From the IMG/VR virus record IMGVR_UViG_3300021256_002372, positions 1-64,000 of that record: DNA of 64,000 bases, one strand, 5' to 3'. Numbering within the stretch: the stretch's first letter is position 1; each line of letters begins with the position of its first letter. Shown piece after piece: positions 57,095-64,000 of the stretch. Below the pieces are notes generated by a model. The model was given only the letters and a program-made list of their open reading frames with translations, was not told the origin of the DNA and searched no databases. The stretch comes from a virus. Lineage: Duplodnaviria > Caudoviricetes. Position numbers and translations under genes: made by a program.

Positions 57095-59492
57095 TTATCT
57101 TTTCCCTGTCATCATCTGGAAATGCTGCTCCTGATGCATAACTTTAAAAATTCGCTCAAAAACGTCTCGAAGACTATCTACGCTTACCGCAGAAGAATCA
57201 TAGTATAGACCATCATTAAAACCGATGGCGCCAACATTTAGCATGGCTATCATAGCCGATGCTGCAATATAGTCTGTTCGATCTTCTGTGCCGTCATCAA
57301 GCGTCTTCACAAACTCCTTTTCATTCATGTCCAGGAGTTCGTGTCGCAGATTGCCGCTTTTAAATCCTACCATTTGAATAAAGTAGTATTCGAGAATTTG
57401 TCGCATTATCATCATGAGTGTTTCCGAGTCATCAGTGTAACTATATTCGTGCCAGAGGGTATCATATGTATTACGAACTGGGGAACGATTAATCTTACTT
57501 CCGCCTGAGAATTTCAGTTCATCCGTACACTCTGCAATACTGGTCTGATTATCCTTGCTCTTTTTGATTTCAAAGAACGATGCGCATTCATAGTCACTAA
57601 TTCGGTTATAAGTGATTTCTCGGAAGAAGTAGGGGTTGTGTGTCATGCAGAAGAATTGGCGGATGTGATCGTCACTTCCAGTTTTAGTCATATCGTAGTT
57701 ATTATAGCAAACTGCGATCATCTCCCGAACCAGTGAGGCAACAATAAAGAGTGAACTGCTGTCCATTGAGGATACCGGATCATCAATGATTACTATCTTG
57801 TCTACGACCTTTCCTTCATCCGACTGACTGCCCATAACCATGTGGTAGAAGTACAGGAAGGCTATAAAGTTACGCTCGCCTTCGCTAAGATTCTGTTGCA
57901 CAACTTCTGGATTTCCGCTGTTATCCCTTACAAGTTCGTATACATATTTTGCGCCGGCTTTTTCTTGCAAGTAAAAGCCGCGGAATCCGGCATTTTTGAT
58001 TGCCTTGTTAATGTCGTGCATCGCTTTGGTGGTATTGACGGTCTGACTGTTAAGAAATGCAATATGACGCTCAATCTCATTTGCGTTATCTATGAGCTGC
58101 TTCGCCTCACCATTGGCTTTTCTCCATTCTTCGCGATCAGATTCTGTTTTTTTCTTCCAGTTTGATATTATGTCATCACATTCTTTCGCCAAAAGCCCCC
58201 AGACCATCTTTGTGCATTTTACAGTTTGACCGGGAATGTCAGCAAGAACCGCCATATACGCTTTGATCTCAGCATTAATTGCTTCAGTGAGGTCATTGAT
58301 ATATTTTGAAGTTGAAATAAGACTTTCTATAATGATTGATTCGGCAGGGTTATCCTTCTTTTTCTGAAGCAAAACAAAGTTTCTTTCTATTATTGACATC
58401 AGAAGTTGAGCGTGCTGCCTGTAGTCATCTAATTTGCGAGACGGAAAAGGCGCTTGAAGGTTCCTTTGAATCACTTGCTTTGTATCGTTCATTAAATTTG
58501 TGATTTCTTCAAAATAAAAATCCAAGTTGGAAAGATCCTTCTTGTACTGTTCGTCATAACATGTTGCAAGCATTTCCTCAAAATTTTCAGGAAGCATTCT
58601 TTGACAATAAGGGCATTTCCCGTCTGCTTTATCATGGAACTGTCTGTGTCCAGCAGCAACCCAGTCCATATTACCCAAAGCACGGATAAAAGCAGCAAAT
58701 TCTGTATCAGATCTGCTAACAATCGATTTTCGCATGATTTCGCTCATTGGCTCTATAACAGATGGAATGGGTTTGAACTCTGAATATGATTGCTGATTGG
58801 AATCAGAGATAGTAAGATAGAGGTTAAAGCATTCTTCTTCCGTTGTATCCAAAGGTTGTGTTTCCTCAAGTTTTTTTACGAACTTGCTCTTGTCTTTCAT
58901 AAATCCTGTTTGAGTTGTAGGAAACCTCTTTCTTATAGCTTCGGTTTTCTTCCAAACAGTCGTTATGTATTCTTGCTCGGCTTGTTCATGATTGCTTTTA
59001 TTACTTCGGCAATAATATAATTTGATCAGTTTGAACTAAAAATCAGGAAAGGACGCAACAGCGTTCTTTTGACGGATTTTCAAAAAGAAGAGCCAATTGT
59101 TTAATTGCCGAAGTAATAACCTGATCAGCAGTGGATTGTGCTTCTCTTGCACGTTTTACAAGCTCGGCTTTTATTGCAGCTTGATCGTCTGCCTCTTTCT
59201 TTTTTTGAGCATTGATATCAGAAATAGTGAACACACCCGGAATATTACCATAGCTTTGAATGTTCGCCTTAATAAAGTCTTCGTTATAAACAAGAATCTG
59301 TTCATCTGAAAGTGCCGCATCGCTCCATGTTAGTAATGCCGAATGATTCTTGAAAGATCTGCCGAGGGTAGATTTGCCAGTACCGTTTTTGCCATAGAAA
59401 AAGTTGAGCATGGTCGGTCGGAATGTTACATTGTGGTAAGTTGGGGCATTGATTGTGATGTCAGTAATGTAGCGTCTGATTTTGTCGCTCAT
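57095..59492 (-). pseudogene. RloC-like ABC/SMC ATPase (AAA_13) disrupted by a MITE; about 759 aa if restored
   Basis: GKNGTGKS in 59043..59492; CPYC zinc hook, LSEGE, IDDPVSSMD, THN in 57095..58900; removing 118 bp restores one frame. Confidence 0.85.
59001..59116. mobile_element. 116-bp MITE with 13-bp terminal inverted repeats and TA target duplication
   Basis: TTACTTCGGCAAT...ATTGCCGAAGTAA flanked by TA (58999-59000 and 59117-59118). Confidence 0.85.
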
Positions 59493-59504
59493 TAGAATTC
59501 CTCC

Positions 59505-60173
59505 TTATTTCACTTCAATTCCTTTGTCTTTGGTGATCTGTATGAGATCACCACGCCTTATACTCCAATGTTCCTCGTCAAGCTGATTCCTGACATGAGC
59601 TGAGATAAGATGAAAATCCTGTATATTGTTATTAATCATTTCCTGCTGGAAATATTTAGTTGTTTCAAACACTTCATAGTTAAAAATGATCTTTCCAGGT
59701 TGCGGCTGAATTTTCGTCAGCCTGCCAAGAAAAGACGGGCAATCTTGAAAGGCAGTCTGGAATCTTTCATTTTTCACTGTGAAGAGACATGGCATTTTCA
59801 GCAGTTCGTTAATGTGCCGGTCAGATAGCGGCGAATAGTATTCCTTAAGCTGTGAGTCAGTGTACTTCAAAGATAATTCTGCACTAATTGAAAAAGAAGA
59901 ACCAGAATAGTCTTCGTTATTTAGTACGAACAGATGGAAATGTGAGCGATCAAGTTTAATCCATTCTACGCTGTGCGACTTATGCTGGATTGGGGTTTGT
60001 TGTTGCATGGCTAATGAAATAGCCTGGACGAGCGTTTCAGGGCATCCTTCAATAACCAAATTTCCCTGCAAATTACCTACCGCAATACCATTGTCGGAAG
60101 CAGTAACAGTAGTAGGAACTTGAAACTGTGTCGGAAGCTGAGAGTCTTTGGACTTTACTATCTCATTTTTCAT
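59505..60173 (-). CDS. Hypothetical protein with N-terminal GIAVG motif; paralogue of 60181..60744
   Basis: VTASDNGIAVGNLQGNLVI; C-terminal HWSIRRGDL. Confidence 0.8.
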   Translation of the reverse strand: MKNEIVKSKDSQLPTQFQVPTTVTASDNGIAVGNLQGNLVIEGCPETLVQAISLAMQQQTPIQHKSHSVEWIKLDRSHFHLFVLNNEDYSGSSFSISAELSLKYTDSQLKEYYSPLSDRHINELLKMPCLFTVKNERFQTAFQDCPSFLGRLTKIQPQPGKIIFNYEVFETTKYFQQEMINNNIQDFHLISAHVRNQLDEEHWSIRRGDLIQITKDKGIEVK

Positions 60174-60180
60174 TTATACC

Positions 60181-60744
60181 TCACTTTCCGGGGAATACTC
60201 CCGCATCCTGCATTACTTCAAGTAAATCCACCTTTTTTATAGTCCAGTGTGTCCTTGTCAACTCAAACAAGTGCATAGCAAGATCGGACAAGTTATCCTT
60301 CAGAAAGGAAAACGGAATAGGGAAAAATCTCTGGAAATACACCTTGACACCGTTGTCTTGATCCCTGACATCCTTAATAAAAGCAAATACTGCTTGCTGT
60401 TCCTCAGTGCCATCACGTTCCATTGCGATGATTGCAGGCAGCTTTTTTATTTTTTCAACGATCTCATCTGACCAACCGCAGAACTCATTTTTTACCTCGT
60501 CCGTTATGTACTCGGTCAGAGCACGAGATTTATCCACGAGGATGTAGTTTTTTTCAAAAGGGTCATATCCTATTATCAGGTTGAAGTACCTTGGACGGGA
60601 TGCGGTCTTGATTCCGTCAGAAAGGAACAGATTAATTGTCGGAGAAAATGAATCAGTGTATCCAACTGCAATTCCGTCCCCTTCGGCATGAGCAGAGAAC
60701 GATGTCGGAATAGCGCCTTCTTTTTTTACGATGTCATTACTCAT
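60181..60744 (-). CDS. Hypothetical protein with N-terminal GIAVG motif
   Basis: AHAEGDGIAVGY; C-terminal ELTRTHWTIKKVDL. Confidence 0.8.
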   Translation of the reverse strand: MSNDIVKKEGAIPTSFSAHAEGDGIAVGYTDSFSPTINLFLSDGIKTASRPRYFNLIIGYDPFEKNYILVDKSRALTEYITDEVKNEFCGWSDEIVEKIKKLPAIIAMERDGTEEQQAVFAFIKDVRDQDNGVKVYFQRFFPIPFSFLKDNLSDLAMHLFELTRTHWTIKKVDLLEVMQDAGVFPGK

Positions 60745-61633
60745 TCTTATTTCCCCGCCTTCCGATTACAAGTCCGCCGAACACCTGTCCGATAGCGATA
60801 CCATTATCCTTAGCCACAACATTAAACTGAGCTACGGATTGCTGCTGTGTAGCCGGTTCAGTAAACGGAGCTTCATAAACTTCCACTTTGGGCTGCTCTT
60901 CGTCGGTCACTTCTTCCGCTTCAACTACATCGTTCTCAGTTTTGTCCATTTCTTCCGTCTGGTCCTCCACCATGATTTCATTCTTCACTGTGAGCTTCTG
61001 CGATCTTTGAGTGCCGATATCTGCTGTGATTATTCGCGGACTGTTATCACCAGCTTCCTTAGTCCAGGCCTCATATGTATTAGCTCCTTCTTTAGTGTCG
61101 GGATGGCTGAGCAGAATATTATTCCAAACTGAAAGCAGAAAGTTTTGAAGTACGATTTCCATGACGGTATCAAGCTGTGCTTTGCTTACAATTTGACTGC
61201 CGATATCAAACTCACCGTCAATACTGTCATCTTCAAGTATGAGGTCAATCATTCCGGCTACAAGAAGTGCCATTGATGACTGGCTGAGATCAAGATACTT
61301 CTGACAGAACTTGTCCATTTCATACAGTACCGTTTCTTTCTCATTTATAAGCCGTAAATTCAATCCATTCTTATAAGCAGCATTATCAAACGGAAGATAG
61401 CTGGGGCTGTTAGGCGGACTGCCAGCCAAGTATTTTGAGAAGTACGACGCGAGTGTCTTAGGGTTGTTAGGTTGATATGCCGGATTAGCTAATTTCAGAA
61501 GATCTCGGAGCATATTTGGCTTGGTAACACCGTCTTTGCTGTCTCCGTACTCTTGCTGTGTGGTCAATGTCTGATTTCCAGAACGCAACAACAGTAGTAA
61601 AAACGTATTGCCTCTTAATCGATTCAAAGCCAA
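60737..61633 (-). CDS. Hypothetical protein with acidic linker and C-terminal GIAIG motif
   Basis: TTG start after RBS aaaggtg; ends NVVAKDNGIAIGQVFGGLVIG. Confidence 0.8.
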   Translation of the reverse strand: MALNRLRGNTFLLLLLRSGNQTLTTQQEYGDSKDGVTKPNMLRDLLKLANPAYQPNNPKTLASYFSKYLAGSPPNSPSYLPFDNAAYKNGLNLRLINEKETVLYEMDKFCQKYLDLSQSSMALLVAGMIDLILEDDSIDGEFDIGSQIVSKAQLDTVMEIVLQNFLLSVWNNILLSHPDTKEGANTYEAWTKEAGDNSPRIITADIGTQRSQKLTVKNEIMVEDQTEEMDKTENDVVEAEEVTDEEQPKVEVYEAPFTEPATQQQSVAQFNVVAKDNGIAIGQVFGGLVIGRRGNKNE

Positions 61634-61820
61634 TCACACCTTTCAACTAAATAAACAGAATAAACTGCATAAAGCACATTGCAATAAACTCAATCAATGA
61701 TTTAATAGCTTCAGAGGCGAAACCTCTGAGGCTAATTTTATTACCTCAGCTGTCTCTTTCATTATACCACAGTCTCTGTGAAAAAGCCAGAGGCAAATAA
61801 AAAAATTGGAGGAAAATTCT

Positions 61821-62264
61821 ATGAACAGTATTGAGAACAAAACACCTGCCCACCCCACCGTTTACATCTGCAGCCCCCTCCCCCCCGTTTCCACCGATCC
61901 TATCTTCCGTGCCAACGAGCTGATCGACAATCTGAAGCTCGCCAAGGACGCGGCTACGTTCGCAACGATCCGCGGCTGTGATCCGATCGCCCCGCACCTC
62001 TACTATCCGCAGTTCCTGGATGACAACGATCCGACTGAACGTCAGCTCGGTATAGAGCTGGGGCTGAAGGCGCTCAGAAGCTGTGACGAGCTGTGGATCG
62101 TAAGTAACCGGATCAGCTCCGGCATGAGCGCCGAGATCAAGGAAGCGCAGAAGTGCGGTATCCGCGTGCTGGTGTTCACGAGTGCTGGCTTTAGGGTATA
62201 TACCGGCAACGGCGACATGACAGACAACTGCCATGTTGATACCGCTGATGGCGTGATTGACTGA
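61821..62264 (+). CDS. DUF4406/nucleoside-2-deoxyribosyltransferase-like fold protein
   Basis: VYICSP, PIAPHL.YPQFL, CDELW..ISSGM..EI. Confidence 0.8.
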   Translation: MNSIENKTPAHPTVYICSPLPPVSTDPIFRANELIDNLKLAKDAATFATIRGCDPIAPHLYYPQFLDDNDPTERQLGIELGLKALRSCDELWIVSNRISSGMSAEIKEAQKCGIRVLVFTSAGFRVYTGNGDMTDNCHVDTADGVID

Positions 62265-62325
62265 GAACGATACACACTCCTATATAAAGTAAGGACCGGC
62301 AGTGGCCGGCGGAAAGGAAATTATT

Positions 62326-63075
62326 ATGGCAAAGAAGAGAATGGGTGTTTATAATCGCGGAGTAAATGGTATGAAGAAGAACAATGTCGCAGCAAAGTCG
62401 ATGGACAAGCCGGCCTCGTTCAATGATAAGCTGTCTCTCAAAGAGCTGCTGACGTTGGTCAGCTCCACAAAGGGCGTAGCAATCCCGACCCGCAAAGCAC
62501 TGAAGGCTACATTTGAGCCGATTGCCGTCTATGTCACCCGAAACTATCAGGTTTCTATCTATCAGAACGGCTTTGCACTGGCAGAGTCCTGGAAGCGCCA
62601 TTCGGTATTTCGTGTGGACGCATGCAAGGACTATCACTATGACACGGAGCATGAGACACTTGCGAAGCAGAAGAACAGCGCAACCAAGCCGGATATCACG
62701 TTTGAGGAATTCCTCGACGAGCCGTGGCCGATACGGATTTCTCTGACCGCGGGGGACAAGCTGGAGGAGAATAACGATACGGCGGCACGCAGAGCAATTT
62801 CTGAGCATCCCGCAATTGCATCTGATGTTCAGCAGTATAATCGCTATGTTCACGGTGAATCAGTGGAAAATCAGGTGATTTGGAAGATGAGTACGTTGGA
62901 GGCACTGAGTACATTGACAGAACGGCAGCAGGAGGCGATGCTTCTTTATTATGTAGAAGGCTATACACAGCAGGAGATCGGCAGAATGCTTGGGATTTCC
63001 ACAACCGCCGTAAAAAACAGACTTGAAAGCGGACTTCAGAGAATCCGCAAGCATATCTATGCGATGATGGGCTGA
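62326..63075 (+). CDS. Sigma-70 region-4 domain protein
   Basis: LTERQ....L.Y..GYTQQEIG..LGIS..AV..RL. Confidence 0.85.
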   Translation: MAKKRMGVYNRGVNGMKKNNVAAKSMDKPASFNDKLSLKELLTLVSSTKGVAIPTRKALKATFEPIAVYVTRNYQVSIYQNGFALAESWKRHSVFRVDACKDYHYDTEHETLAKQKNSATKPDITFEEFLDEPWPIRISLTAGDKLEENNDTAARRAISEHPAIASDVQQYNRYVHGESVENQVIWKMSTLEALSTLTERQQEAMLLYYVEGYTQQEIGRMLGISTTAVKNRLESGLQRIRKHIYAMMG

Positions 63076-63125
63076 GATATAGCCTAAATCCATCAAAAGC
63101 AAACTAAAAAACATACTGAAGTCAG

Positions 63126-63255
63126 GGCGCGCACTGGCGACAGGTGCTCATATAACAGAACAGAGTTATAAAACCGGGATGGGTCTTGGATTGACCGCCC
63201 AATGTACGGGATAACTCTGTCTGCTGAGACATCTGCTGCCGTGAGCGCCTTTTTG
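63126..63255 (+). ncRNA. Long intergenic stem-loop (possible leader RNA/terminator)
   Basis: Nested pairs ggcgc/gcgcc, caggtg/catctg, ctca/tgag, acagagttat/ataactctgt; followed by ttttt. Confidence 0.4.
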
Positions 63256-63319
63256 TGGTGCTGTGCGTAGCTGCGTGAGCATCTGCCGCTGGATGTGTTC
63301 CTTGCAGAAAGGAACGATT

Positions 63320-64000
63320 ATGGAAAACAAGAATACTTTTACAGCACAGACTGCTCTCGAAATGCCCGTTGCAACTCCGACTGCGGCTTCGGTGGAACTG
63401 CAGCCGATCACGGATAAGACCACACTTGGCGCACTGCTGAAGATGCTTGATCTTACGCCGGGACAGAGAAAGCCTGATAAGACTCCCACACCGAAGAAAC
63501 TGCGCACCACAGTTGAGCCTCTTGCGAATATGCATGACTGCGTACTGTATCGTAACGGTTTCGTCTACTACAACAATGGCTGCAATCACACCGTCCTTTG
63601 GCTCCCTTACTGCGTAAGTTTCACCTACCACTTCAATCCGTTGAAGGATACAGAAAAGGACACTTTGAAAGATAAGGATGAGTTAAAGGATGGGCTGTTG
63701 GAAGAGAATCCGTGGGTAACGGCCGCTACATTAATTGCAGAGCATCGCATTGAGCACCACATGGATAACAACGCCGGTATCGGTCACGCTGACATACCAG
63801 ATTATGCCGAGGACGAGGATGAGACCAGCATAGATTCTTATGTAGCTAAGGATTACCGTTGCATGGAGTTCATGTGGCACGAGGAGCCGATTAACGTAAA
63901 TCCGCTTGATGCTGTCTGCCGCAAGGAAACCAAGGAAGAGGTTCTCGCGGCACTGACAGATAAGCAGTTCGAGGTGTTCGTGCTTCATTATCGGGATGGC
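63320..64000 (+). CDS. 3'-truncated paralogous sigma-70 region-4 protein (not in ORF track)
   Basis: RBS gaaagg, ATG 63320, open to window end: MENKNTF...PTPKKLR..EPLA..LYRNGF..PW...ALTDKQFEVFVLHYRDG. Confidence 0.8.
   Translation, partial: MENKNTFTAQTALEMPVATPTAASVELQPITDKTTLGALLKMLDLTPGQRKPDKTPTPKKLRTTVEPLANMHDCVLYRNGFVYYNNGCNHTVLWLPYCVSFTYHFNPLKDTEKDTLKDKDELKDGLLEENPWVTAATLIAEHRIEHHMDNNAGIGHADIPDYAEDEDETSIDSYVAKDYRCMEFMWHEEPINVNPLDAVCRKETKEEVLAALTDKQFEVFVLHYRDG

Overview
The window holds no housekeeping genes and looks like mobile DNA from a Firmicute, probably Ruminococcus/Oscillospiraceae-like (inferred from gene families and signal-peptide style). It is built as nested mobile elements. 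(1) 1-21.7 kb is a mobilisable plasmid/IME-type backbone (relaxase, mobC, candidate oriT, ssb, parA/parB, tnpV). Its cargo is a PBECR4 RNase gene preceded by a structured RNA and terminator, a type I RM operon interleaved with two membrane genes, a NACHT-pentapeptide gene with an in-frame stop, a palindromic repeat array and a secreted LRR/CAP protein. (2) At about 21,673 a serine recombinase gene is cut off by a second element of more than 42 kb, almost all on the minus strand, whose far end is outside the window. It carries: an 18-gene block (three VirD4-like proteins, ClpP, Ser/Thr kinase, PfkB kinase, nuclease, M48 peptidase, vWA-OmpA lipoprotein) whose four promoters share one motif at an identical spacing, next to a double-WYL regulator; a SpoVG + ~2,940-aa CSD/LOTUS-STAND-HEPN gene pair; a type III RM system; and a four-gene operon in which three proteins share a short amyloid-like GIA(V/I)G motif, followed by an RloC-like ATPase interrupted by a 116-bp MITE. 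I found no rRNA, tRNA or CRISPR array. Domain calls come from motif recognition by eye, not database searches.
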